A stretch of DNA of 64,000 nucleotides from Clostridia bacterium (GTDB lineage: Bacteria > Bacillota > Clostridia > TANB77 > CAG-465): positions 55,542-119,541 of the forward strand of contig JAQSXK010000002.1 in assembly GCA_029256705.1 (NCBI GenBank), written 5' to 3'. The notes under the pieces were generated by a model. That model saw only the letters and a list, made by a program, of their open reading frames with translations, was not told the origin of the DNA and did not search any database. Every line of letters begins with the position of its first letter. Positions within the stretch are counted from its first letter, which is position 1. Positions 41,001 to 48,224 of this stretch are shown here, in pieces. The translations under genes were made by a program, and so were the position numbers.

Positions 41001-42430
41001 TTATTTTCAAAAATAATTGCTACATCATTTGGATGTTTTTTTACCTGTTGCTCAAATAAATCAATAACAGTCATATTAGTAGGATATTTTGTGTCAGTAT
41101 TATTAAATTCACATAATATTTTATCTTCTTCATCTTCACTCATTACACGAATGTTTTCAACATTAATATCTAAATCTTTAATTGCATTTTTCATAATGGC
41201 AATGAGTCTTGTATTTAAATATTCAATCTCAATTTCATCAAATAGATCTACTAAATAATCATAGTGCAAATTAAAAATACCAGTATTGTCTATATCCATA
41301 ATGTGAATCTCTAAATCATCTTGTATATTACCTGAAAATAACCATTCGGTAGAAAAATCTTCATTATCTAAAATATTTGATCTTGTGTTTTGATAAGATA
41401 ATACAAAATTATATATTTTGCCCTTCACATCTGTTGTGTTATGTATATATTCTAATGTTTTTTCAATTGGATATTTTTGATGTCTAAATAGTGACATAGT
41501 ATCATTACCTAATTGTTTAACTAAATCTATAAATTTTATATTTTCTTCTACTTTTATGCGTGTTGGCATAGTGGAAATAAACATTCCCAGCATCTGTTTT
41601 TCTTTAAAATTTGATCTATTTAACACAGGGGTACCTATTATAAAATCATTTTCATTTTTTATTCTATAAATATATGTGGCAAGCGCACCTAAAAACAACG
41701 TATATGCAGATATTTTATTAACTTTTATATATTCTACTATTTTATCATTAGTTTCTTTATCTAACGTTATAGAATATCTATTAGCTCTTGTATTTAATTT
41801 TTTCTTAGAAGTTTTTAATGAAACAGGTGCTTTTATATCTTTTAAATATTCTCTCCAAAACTGTTCATCTTTCAAATATTTTTCTGAAGAAGTATATTCT
41901 TTTTCTGATTCTATAAAATCTATATACGATGGTTTATTAGCTTCTTCATGTATATTATTTATAGCATTATCATACATTTTTAAGAGTTGATTTGCTACTT
42001 GTCCAAATGTCCATGCATCGGAAATAATATGATGTAACTTAACAAATACACATCCATCATTATTATTATATCTAACTATTTTAATATCATATAATTTATT
42101 ATTTAAAAAATCAAAAGGAGTATTAGAATTTATTTCAAAAAAATTTTCAATATCTTCTTGGCTTTTTTTACTCATGTCAAAATATTCTACATCTTCATAT
42201 ATATAATCTTCAAAAATTTGATACACAGAATTATCCTCTTCAAAAATCTTAATTCTTAGAGCATCATTTAATTCAATAAGTTTATTTACTATTTTATTAC
42301 ATATTTTTTCATCAAATTTAGATTTGATTTGAAGCAATCCAGCTATAGTATTCATAGAAGTATTTTTATTAAATTTCTCTACTAAATATATGTTATTCTC
42401 AGGAAAAGTCAATTCATATCTATTATTCAT
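35096..42430 (-). CDS. bimodular non-ribosomal peptide synthetase with terminal reductase: C-A-T-C-A-T-R
   Basis: C1 HHIISDAWTFG (about 42030); A1 core YTSGTTGKPKG (about 40610), NGYGPTETT, YKTGDEV; T1 NIDSL (about 39500); C2 HHIIFDGQS (about 38950); A2 YTSGTTGEPKGVMV (about 37575), YGPTENT, YKTGDLV; T2 GGDSLLVTSL (about 36455); R domain GxxGxxG VLLAGVTGFLGAHIL (about 36200) and YTKYIADK. Start placed at the second ATG (42430), which has a GAGGGG RBS; the upstream in-frame ATG at 42445 is also possible. Confidence 0.95.
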   Translation of the reverse strand: MNNRYELTFPENNIYLVEKFNKNTSMNTIAGLLQIKSKFDEKICNKIVNKLIELNDALRIKIFEEDNSVYQIFEDYIYEDVEYFDMSKKSQEDIENFFEINSNTPFDFLNNKLYDIKIVRYNNNDGCVFVKLHHIISDAWTFGQVANQLLKMYDNAINNIHEEANKPSYIDFIESEKEYTSSEKYLKDEQFWREYLKDIKAPVSLKTSKKKLNTRANRYSITLDKETNDKIVEYIKVNKISAYTLFLGALATYIYRIKNENDFIIGTPVLNRSNFKEKQMLGMFISTMPTRIKVEENIKFIDLVKQLGNDTMSLFRHQKYPIEKTLEYIHNTTDVKGKIYNFVLSYQNTRSNILDNEDFSTEWLFSGNIQDDLEIHIMDIDNTGIFNLHYDYLVDLFDEIEIEYLNTRLIAIMKNAIKDLDINVENIRVMSEDEEDKILCEFNNTDTKYPTNMTVIDLFEQQVKKHPNDVAIIFENKQMTYLELNEKSNSLAHFLREEKKVKSGDIVSLIFKRSFEMIISILGILKSGAAYLPIDPEFPIDRIKYILENSSSKLIITNIDNINNKVETININNFNYSNYLSNNLTKVNKGEDLVYVIYTSGTTGKPKGVMISHNNLINLMFAANDVKKLDYCKVALSITKYFFDMFVIETITPLLFGIKLVFLNDEESNSPYKIVDTIEKYSIEVMFITPTKLNLILQKEDNIEKLNSIKRLTIAGEVFNKNVLNILQDKNIDIFNGYGPTETTVCSSMKLIKSYDEVNIGKPIPNTKSFIIDRKNRILPMGVNGELAIAGAGVGLGYINVDNAVSSKFDILFGMKVYKTGDEVLYNFDGDLEYSRRIDNQIKINGLRIEIEEIESAINMIDCITSSAVVVKKINNIDKIVCYVTINDKFNNKKEIIDKLSLSLPKYMLPSELFVLEEIPFNMNGKADRKKLIELVDEEDNDNKTEANKINVKDKKLSKILSKYNIDYYDSSYKKNIDSLCAIRLSMEISDEYKIDFTYTDIYECENIEMLEKRIREKSVYSQSTEIFNVPTEKEEYLLTPAQISIFNNYSYNTESIIYNTPLEIKLNNNINVDKLIKSIETSVLNHSLLFSKIDMKENKLYYKIDKQKIKINAVRLSNIEYIKVKDNFVKPFDLLNGRLFRIEFYLVEDKINILMDFHHIIFDGQSINILIEDIIDVYNDKQIKNEILTFGQCIQIENDKSKYTKSKKYFLDKLSDELPVISINTDYPRKSNKSFEGKKIKKIINSELKEKLVEYAKENNVTLNNVFLAIFNFVLSKYTYSEDIIIGIATFGRRHIQELNTIGMFVKSLPYRVKIDLNESFKEYLQKTQNLMLETLENNSYTYEEMVKNLKIKRDSSRNPIFNIMYVFQNTGKPDIYLENTKLEIDEIKTNTSKFDLTFEVYPTDKKIDLNLEYDTNLYKDETIERFSMHVLNALEFITKNKEANIRDVEIISEEEKEFILNSFNNTHTNYPKDKTIIQLFEEQVDLTPNEIAVVCENNSLTYIDLNEKANQLAHYLIENHVRNGNVVAIMLDKSIEMMIAILGILKCGAIYLPMDLSYPKERIEYIFRDSNIKVLVNKSTFSKFDIFKNYDNKNLNIKSSIDDLAYIMYTSGTTGEPKGVMVRHKSVVRLVKNTNYIDFKNTDRILQTGSMSFDAATFECFGALLNGLTLYLIKKDDLLNPMILKQYLIDNNITVIFLTTALFNNIVEYDKNIFDNVRTLLVGGEVLSTKHINLVLDNNKNIDLLSVYGPTENTSFSTYYKIEKRFEFKIPIGIPISNTTCYIYDKCNLLSPINVPGELLVGGDGVSNGYLNKEKLTNEKFIKMNNQILYKTGDLVYLSYTKNIEFLGRIDMQVKIRGFRIELEEIQLGVLKYKEINECYLQVNEINNVKSIVCYYTSNNLIDEQKLRIFLKNKLPLYMIPNYFMRLETLPLNINGKVDKSKLPDIKLNVISNTEKLDGIYFELAESFKEVLNVENIGMNDNFFEIGGDSLLVTSLVMKLLSKDIKIIYGDIFKYPTIRELGDMLNNINKKESISGEIADYDYSKINKILENNKLENYKPTEQSVGNVLLAGVTGFLGAHILDNFMRNEKGKIYCLIRSKNGEDPESRIKEILSFFFGDKYENELNNRIHVVEGDITNENIIADEEANIKLSKNIDTVINSAAHVKHYGNLELFYKINVKGTKNIVNFCEKYDKRLIQISTLSTSGNIIEGGQVEQKNDGIEKEFDETKLYIEQNLDNVYVYTKYIADKYILDEISENRLNAKIMRMGNLTGRYTDGKFQPNVEENAFANRIKTLINLKVMPENLLDFYMEFTPIDFASDAVMKLARTSREYSVFHLFNDKHAKMRYVINTLKNIGIDIKIISKQDMTLLMEKYLNSNESSEDISGIIADLNKNKELEYKTNIKVLSTFTKDFLKELNFEWPNIDVNYILKYIEYLKEVKFL

Positions 42431-42485
42431 TATATTACCCCTCATTTGTATACAATTATAAAATAATTATATATCAAAAAAATAC

Positions 42486-42530
42486 AAAAAACAACACTTT
42501 TAAATTAATTTATTTAAAAGTGTTGTTTTT
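42486..42530 (-). terminator. rho-independent terminator after divIC (upstream of the NRPS)
   Basis: AAAAACAACACTTTTAAA ... TTTAAAAGTGTTGTTTTT 18-bp perfect inverted repeat. Confidence 0.65.
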
Positions 42531-42542
42531 ACTTATTTCTAA

Positions 42543-42845
42543 CTATTTATTTACGTCTACAAATATTTTTTCATAGGGTTTTACAAGCCCTAAACTTTCT
42601 CTTGCAACTTGTTCAATATATTCATCCGTCTCTACATTATCTTGCTGCTCTTCATAATATTTTGATAATGCCTCTTTATTAGTTATATCCGCTTTATACA
42701 TTTCTATTTGAGAATTATATCTATTAATTGAAATTTGTTGATCAATAAAAGTGGTGACGAAATAAACACATACAAACACAAATAATATGCCTGTAACACT
42801 AATTCTTTTTCTTTTTACCACGTTTTTTCTTCTTAAATTTCTCAT
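42543..42845 (-). CDS. divIC: septum formation initiator DivIC/FtsB family protein
   Basis: Basic N-terminus, one TM, coiled coil, C-terminal ARESLGLVKPYEKIF motif; sits after yabP-yabQ as in Bacillus. Confidence 0.7.
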   Translation of the reverse strand: MRNLRRKNVVKRKRISVTGILFVFVCVYFVTTFIDQQISINRYNSQIEMYKADITNKEALSKYYEEQQDNVETDEYIEQVARESLGLVKPYEKIFVDVNK

Positions 42846-43344
42846 TTTTAACCCTCTTTTGTATATTAAACTTCAAAAACTTAACTCTAACGCACTTAAT
42901 TTTGCTATATATATAAAATATCACATATTTTACTCTTTTGCAAGTTATTTTTACAATTTTCATCAAAAAAATATAAAATTTTCTTATTACATCAAATATT
43001 AGTTTAAAAGGTAATAGAAAAAATATTAATAAGCTATTATATATTTTAAACAAATTAATGTATAATTTAATCACAAATTTACTAAAAAAGCTAATGTATG
43101 TAATAATTCCTAAAAATATAGCAATAAACAGATAAAATCTGAGTGAATTATCTAAAAATATGACAATACTAAATGTTAGTATAAAAAGGGCAATAAAGAA
43201 AAATATAACATCTTGAATCATAACAAACTTTTTATTTGTCTTCCTATATCTCCTATACGCCCTAAATATATCAAATACCATAGCAAGTGTTATACCAACT
43301 GCTATAAACTGTATAAAATCTATTGTTTGACTAGATAAAACCAT
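42799..43344 (-). CDS. yabQ: spore cortex biosynthesis protein YabQ-like membrane protein
   Basis: Polytopic membrane protein with a basic C-terminal tail, positioned between yabP and divIC. Confidence 0.55.
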   Translation of the reverse strand: MVLSSQTIDFIQFIAVGITLAMVFDIFRAYRRYRKTNKKFVMIQDVIFFFIALFILTFSIVIFLDNSLRFYLFIAIFLGIITYISFFSKFVIKLYINLFKIYNSLLIFFLLPFKLIFDVIRKFYIFLMKIVKITCKRVKYVIFYIYSKIKCVRVKFLKFNIQKRVKNEKFKKKKRGKKKKN

Positions 43345-43353
43345 ATCATCACT

Positions 43354-43641
43354 CTACTTAAATATTTTCTTCATAAATCCTTTGTTCTTTGCATTGTTTA
43401 TATCACTATAGGCTACAGCAATTATTTGACCTTCAACTATTAATTCGTTATTATCTAAACTAAGTTTATTCATTTTTAAATCGTCACCCTTAATTGTTAA
43501 TATTCCAAGTTCCGTTTGTGCAAGCACAAGTTCATCATCAAAACTATGTATGTCTATAACCCCAGTAACACATACTTTTTCTCTGTTTTCCATAATTATA
43601 TTTTGACTTGTGGCCAGTTTATTGTTTTTTTTATCTTCCAT
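43354..43641 (-). CDS. yabP: sporulation protein YabP
   Basis: MENREKVCVTGVIDIHSFDDELV...LGILTIKGDDLKMNKL resembles YabP (HxLTLENRKKLxITGV...); probable start at the internal Met (about 43593). Confidence 0.75.
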   Translation of the reverse strand: MEDKKNNKLATSQNIIMENREKVCVTGVIDIHSFDDELVLAQTELGILTIKGDDLKMNKLSLDNNELIVEGQIIAVAYSDINNAKNKGFMKKIFK

Positions 43642-43816
43642 AAATATACACCCCTACATTATCTATATATTAGTATATATTCATATAGGTTGTTTTTATT
43701 ACTATTTTATACATGGAAACTAACAATTTAGTATACAAAGTTATATTTAAATAATTCTGTACTAATAAATAAAAAAGAAAAGAGACCAAAGTAATAACTT
43801 TGATCTCCACTTGATA

Positions 43817-44515
43817 CTAATCTATTTTCATAGATTTTGTAATGAATTTTTTGGATTTTCCAGATAGTTCATTAGATATTTGGCCCGTCACATAAGCTGT
43901 AGCACAAGATGTTCCAGAAGCCTTAATAGTACTTCCATCCAGTAATTTTATATCATATTTTTTATCTTTCACTACTATAACCGCTTTACTAGAAGCATTA
44001 TCTGAAACGGAAACTACACCTTTGTAATTTGCAGGATACGAATAACCCTCGTAATTGTTTATACACGAAGCAACAACAATAACCCCATTATCCAGCGCAT
44101 ATTGTACAGCCTCTTTTAATTTAGGCTTATCTTCCTTTGTTCCAAAACTCATGTTAATAATATCAACATCATTTTCAACACACCAATATATAGATTTTGC
44201 TATATTATCTATGCTAGATACTAAGTTGCTATCCAAAGTAGAAACGTAATATATTTCTGCATTGTTTTTTTGCTTAATTATAGATAAGATAGTATTACCA
44301 TGATTTGTAAGCAAAGGATCCTTTACCATTATCTTATTCACTTTTACGTCATATTTGGATATATATTCATCATCCAATAAACTGTCTATAACGCCAATTT
44401 TAACTACTTTACTTGGTCCATTATGAAACGATAAATAAGCAACATATAAAGCAACCGCATAAAGTGAAATTAACAAAATTACCATTACTAAAAATTCTTT
44501 CCGATTTCTTTTCAT
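43817..44515 (-). CDS. minimal membrane-anchored subtilisin-like serine peptidase (S8)
   Basis: N-terminal TM; catalytic Asp (IGVIDSL), His (TNHGNTILS), oxyanion Asn (IINMSFGT) and Ser (SGTSCATAYVTG) in the S8 order within only 232 aa. Confidence 0.75.
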   Translation of the reverse strand: MKRNRKEFLVMVILLISLYAVALYVAYLSFHNGPSKVVKIGVIDSLLDDEYISKYDVKVNKIMVKDPLLTNHGNTILSIIKQKNNAEIYYVSTLDSNLVSSIDNIAKSIYWCVENDVDIINMSFGTKEDKPKLKEAVQYALDNGVIVVASCINNYEGYSYPANYKGVVSVSDNASSKAVIVVKDKKYDIKLLDGSTIKASGTSCATAYVTGQISNELSGKSKKFITKSMKID

Positions 44516-44529
44516 AAAATACCCGCCTT

Positions 44530-44874
44530 CTATAAATTTATTGTAGGTAATGATTTATCCACACTTTCAACTGTAATAGACTTACCTACTACTCTTGCAT
44601 TACATTCAGGATAATTTTCATTTAAAAATCTTAGTACAACAGATATATCTAGAACTTCTACATTCAAACTTTCCCTTATACAAAGGCATCCCTCATCTTC
44701 TGTACTATCTTCATAGAGCCATTCATGAAATTCCTTAGTTAAAACAGAAATTTCCGGCAAATTTGAATTATTACATTCTATTATTTTAGCATAACAATCA
44801 AAAACTATTGTAATAAACATTAAGTATTCCTCCTTTAAAGAAATATAAATTATTGAGTAGCACCAAACCAACAA
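44530..44874 (-). CDS. small acidic Cys-containing protein, hypothetical (candidate immunity/accessory factor)
   Basis: 114 aa, no TM, six Cys including CLC; sits between the His-rich secreted protein gene and the S8 peptidase gene with small gaps and a 25-bp overlap. Confidence 0.35.
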   Translation of the reverse strand: MLVWCYSIIYISLKEEYLMFITIVFDCYAKIIECNNSNLPEISVLTKEFHEWLYEDSTEDEGCLCIRESLNVEVLDISVVLRFLNENYPECNARVVGKSITVESVDKSLPTINL

Positions 44875-45680
44875 TGTGGTTCGTGATTAGGATTTACAAT
44901 CCATTTTCTTCCACCAGGGTGATAATGAGGATAAAAACCCTCGCCAACATCATGAGCTTTATGGTATATATATTTAGTAGTTGGGACTGTTGCTGCTAAA
45001 GCAGCGGCTTTTGCAGCTTCTCTAGTCGTTGCAAAAACATCCATTCCTGCTATTAATCTTGCTACTGCTGCTTCATAAGTTATTTGCTTATTAATAACAA
45101 CAACTCCACCAGCCAAAGCTGCTGAGTAGTATGGTGAGTTTTTTTTTGTATCTTCCTTTTCCTCTACTTTTTCTTGTACCTTAACATTTACTTTGTTTGC
45201 ATCAATCGTTTTTGCAATTGAGTCAACAGAGTACCATACAGTATAAGTTCCTACAACTGCTACTGCTGCAGCAATTGTTATTTGCGCTGCTTCAATAAGA
45301 GCTGGAGTCCATAGAATTAAAGGAATAGCAAAAGCAAACTGTCCAACAACAACTCCATCATAATTTTGTGGGTCCGTTTGTGCTAAATCAATAACTAAGT
45401 TGTCCCCATACTTTTGAGTAGATAAATCATATGCTATTTCATCCCTGTATAAAGTGTACTTATCAACATCCTTAGCATATTTAACCTTCAAGGTTGTATC
45501 ATCTATAGTATTTATAACTTCAATGTTTCCATTAGCTTTTGTAGTTATAACTAAATTTTCATTGTTATTTATCCGTTGGTATTTGTAATAATAATTTTTA
45601 GCTGTAGGTAAAATAGTTAACACTAGAATAATCGTTAGTAATAATACTGTTAACCGGTAAAACCTTTCACTCATTTTCAT
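44850..45680 (-). CDS. secreted/membrane protein with a hydrophobic helical hairpin and a His-rich C-terminus
   Basis: Signal-anchor MKMSERFYRLTVLLLTIILVLTIL; central hydrophobic segment VVVGQFAFAIPLILWTPALIEAAQITIAAAVAVVG; Ala-rich region; C-terminal HKAHDVGEGFYPHYHPGGRKWIVNPNHEPHCWFG. Confidence 0.4.
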   Translation of the reverse strand: MKMSERFYRLTVLLLTIILVLTILPTAKNYYYKYQRINNNENLVITTKANGNIEVINTIDDTTLKVKYAKDVDKYTLYRDEIAYDLSTQKYGDNLVIDLAQTDPQNYDGVVVGQFAFAIPLILWTPALIEAAQITIAAAVAVVGTYTVWYSVDSIAKTIDANKVNVKVQEKVEEKEDTKKNSPYYSAALAGGVVVINKQITYEAAVARLIAGMDVFATTREAAKAAALAATVPTTKYIYHKAHDVGEGFYPHYHPGGRKWIVNPNHEPHCWFGATQ

Positions 45681-45929
45681 AAATTCACCCCTTTAATTTA
45701 GTGTTGGTGATTAGTACTACAAAATTATTAAAAGTAGTACTTAAAATTAATTTACTATTATATTATAACATTTTTTACAATAAAAGTCAATTGAATAAGT
45801 ACCATATGATTAATTTGTTAACATAATTATATATTATTTATTATAAATATTGTAATAAATAAATTGTATGAAAATACAATATAATATACCAAAAGGCTAC
45901 AATATGGTATATTATGGGGTGAAATATAT

Positions 45930-46784
45930 ATGAAAATAGATTTTGTTAAAATGCATGGCGCTGGAAATGACTACATATACATAGACTGTATAAAAAATCC
46001 AATTACAATAGATAATCTGTCAAACGTTGCAATTAAATTAAGTGACAGACATTTTGGAATAGGTTCAGACGGAATTGTACTGATTCTTCCATCTAATATA
46101 GCAGATTTTAAAATGAGAATGTTTAATAGTGATGGTAGTGAAGGAAACATGTGTGGGAATGCAGTAAGATGTATTGCAAAATATGTTTATGAAAATAAAT
46201 ATACCGAAAATACACATATCACTCTTGAAACTTTAAGTGGTATAAAAGATTTATGGGTTGATATTAATGAAAACAAAGTTTCAGAAGTTAAAGTAGACAT
46301 GGGAAAACCAATATTTGATCCAAAACTTATTCCAGCTATAAGCACAAAAGATATAATACTAAAAGAAAAAATACTTATAGACAAAACTATATACTATATA
46401 ACCTGTGTATCTATGGGAAATCCACATTGTGTTGTTTTCGTAGATGATTTAGAAACTTTAGATATGAATAAAATAGGTCCATTATTTGAGAACAATATAA
46501 GGTTTCCAAATAGAATTAACACTGAATTTGTTAAGATTATTTCTAACAATGAAATAAGTATGAGGGTATGGGAACGCGGAAGCGGCGAAACACTTTCTTG
46601 TGGAACAGGAGCATGCGCTGCGGTAGTTGCATGCATATTAAACAATTTTACTAATTATGATACAGATATAGTTGTGCATCTAATTGGTGGAATGTTTACA
46701 GTTAACTATAAAAAAGATAGTACCGTTACTTTAAAAGGTCCAACTAACTTTGTTTTTGAGGGAAAAATAGATATAGATATTTAA
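45930..46784 (+). CDS. dapF: diaminopimelate epimerase
   Basis: FVKMHGAGNDYIYID N-terminal signature, catalytic Cys motifs NSDGSEGNMCGNA and GETLSCGTGACA. Confidence 0.9.
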   Translation: MKIDFVKMHGAGNDYIYIDCIKNPITIDNLSNVAIKLSDRHFGIGSDGIVLILPSNIADFKMRMFNSDGSEGNMCGNAVRCIAKYVYENKYTENTHITLETLSGIKDLWVDINENKVSEVKVDMGKPIFDPKLIPAISTKDIILKEKILIDKTIYYITCVSMGNPHCVVFVDDLETLDMNKIGPLFENNIRFPNRINTEFVKIISNNEISMRVWERGSGETLSCGTGACAAVVACILNNFTNYDTDIVVHLIGGMFTVNYKKDSTVTLKGPTNFVFEGKIDIDI

Positions 46785-46832
46785 TTTCTATATCTACATC
46801 TATTATTTTATATACCTATTTTAAATAATACT

Positions 46833-47681
46833 TTATTTTTTATACTCAAGAGACAATAAATCATATTGATTATATAATTTGCTATTTAAAGATAGTAATT
46901 CTATCTTATTAACACTATTTAATACTATTGAATAAACTAAAAATTTATCAAACAAAATTAAATCGCCAATATTTTTATCTTTCATTAATGTAAAATGATT
47001 AAGAAACTTTTTAAAATTTTTCCATTCTCTCATATCAGTTATGCCCAAACTAGTTAATTTGAATGAATCTCCAGTTAATGATATAAGACCTAGATTAGAC
47101 GCATCTGACTTTATAAGATCTAGAAAAACCCCTTTATCTATTATTTTATCTGTTAAAATTGCATGATATACAAACTTTTCATGCTCTAGCAAATTGTAAT
47201 CTTCAGATTTTAATTTTGTGTACTCAATTATGCCGTTATTATTTATAATATCAATATAACCTCTTAATTTAAGATTTAATATTACAGCTGGAAAATCTCT
47301 ATATGGTTCAATATTCTTATCACTTAGTAGTGAAACTATTGCTGGAGAATAATCTTTTGGAATATCTCGCAAATAAACTCCATTATTATTTCCAACGCTT
47401 AAATAATAAATATAGTTTCTTATTTTTTCATAAATAAAACCAATTATGTGTATTACAATTACATACAATAAAAACAATGAAATTATTCCTATAGATGCAA
47501 AGAAAAATATTATCATTAATTTTAATAATGAATATATGTCTTCATTAATACTTGAAGAATATGACATCATTAAAATCACGATATTTATAAAGCAAAATCC
47601 TTCTAATAATATTAGCGGAAACTTCAATATTTTAATACAAAAAATACAAGTAATTTTTAGATCTCTTTTAAACTTTAGCAT
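46833..47681 (-). CDS. membrane protein, DUF2207-like
   Basis: Two to three TM helices, then YLRDIPKDYSPAIVSLL... and a C-terminal LFDKFLVYSIVLN motif resembling the DUF2207 C-terminus; paralogous to 53804..54724. Confidence 0.4.
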   Translation of the reverse strand: MLKFKRDLKITCIFCIKILKFPLILLEGFCFINIVILMMSYSSSINEDIYSLLKLMIIFFFASIGIISLFLLYVIVIHIIGFIYEKIRNYIYYLSVGNNNGVYLRDIPKDYSPAIVSLLSDKNIEPYRDFPAVILNLKLRGYIDIINNNGIIEYTKLKSEDYNLLEHEKFVYHAILTDKIIDKGVFLDLIKSDASNLGLISLTGDSFKLTSLGITDMREWKNFKKFLNHFTLMKDKNIGDLILFDKFLVYSIVLNSVNKIELLSLNSKLYNQYDLLSLEYKK

Positions 47682-47738
47682 ATATATTCCTCCAAGACAT
47701 TATACAAAATTAGAATTAATCACATGTTTAGTAAATTA

Positions 47739-47999
47739 TTATTTTAAATTAGTAATGTTGTCTAATTTTTCTTTAATATCATAAATTTGTTCATTATTTT
47801 TTCTTAGTAGTTCTCTAGTTTCTATTAATATATTCCCTATCTCCGTAATATTTTTTGAGGAATCTATTCCCATTCCAATTACCCACGTTACTATTAATAT
47901 TTCAATTATAATAAATATAAGAAATACACATATACCTATTAATACTGATGATATTATTGGATCCATTTTAAACACTTCCTTTATGATACATAATATCAC
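47739..47999 (-). CDS. small membrane-anchored protein, hypothetical
   Basis: 86 aa; N-terminal TM followed by a charged helical tail. Confidence 0.3.
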   Translation of the reverse strand: MILCIIKEVFKMDPIISSVLIGICVFLIFIIIEILIVTWVIGMGIDSSKNITEIGNILIETRELLRKNNEQIYDIKEKLDNITNLK

Positions 48000-48101
48000 A
48001 ATTGCTATATAATGTCAATATATACTAATTAATGAAATAAACAGTTTGTATTTTAAAAAGAAAATTATGTATTAAACTATTAATTCTAAGTTAACATAAT
48101 A

Positions 48102-48130
48102 TTGACAACTTATCTAAAATATGGTATAAT
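48102..48130 (+). promoter_or_regulatory. perfect-consensus extended sigma-A promoter (TTGACA-17-TGgTATAAT)
   Basis: TTGACA at 48102-48107, 17-nt spacer, TG at 48122-48123, TATAAT at 48125-48130; 94-nt leader then RBS AAAGGAGA before the 48225 start. Confidence 0.55.
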
Positions 48131-48224
48131 TATTTGGTTATTATTTTTTTATGGTAAGAAAATTTTCGTACCGCGTAAATCAATATACACGGTATATGAT
48201 TGTCTTTTGAAAGGAGACTAATTT

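Noticed and set aside
35220-41990. Multiple 60-180-aa plus-strand ORFs inside the NRPS gene (e.g., 40725..41258, 41676..41990)
   Set aside because: They are antisense to a gene with unambiguous NRPS motifs, and their Ser/Leu/Phe-rich translations reflect the reverse complement of AT-rich codons
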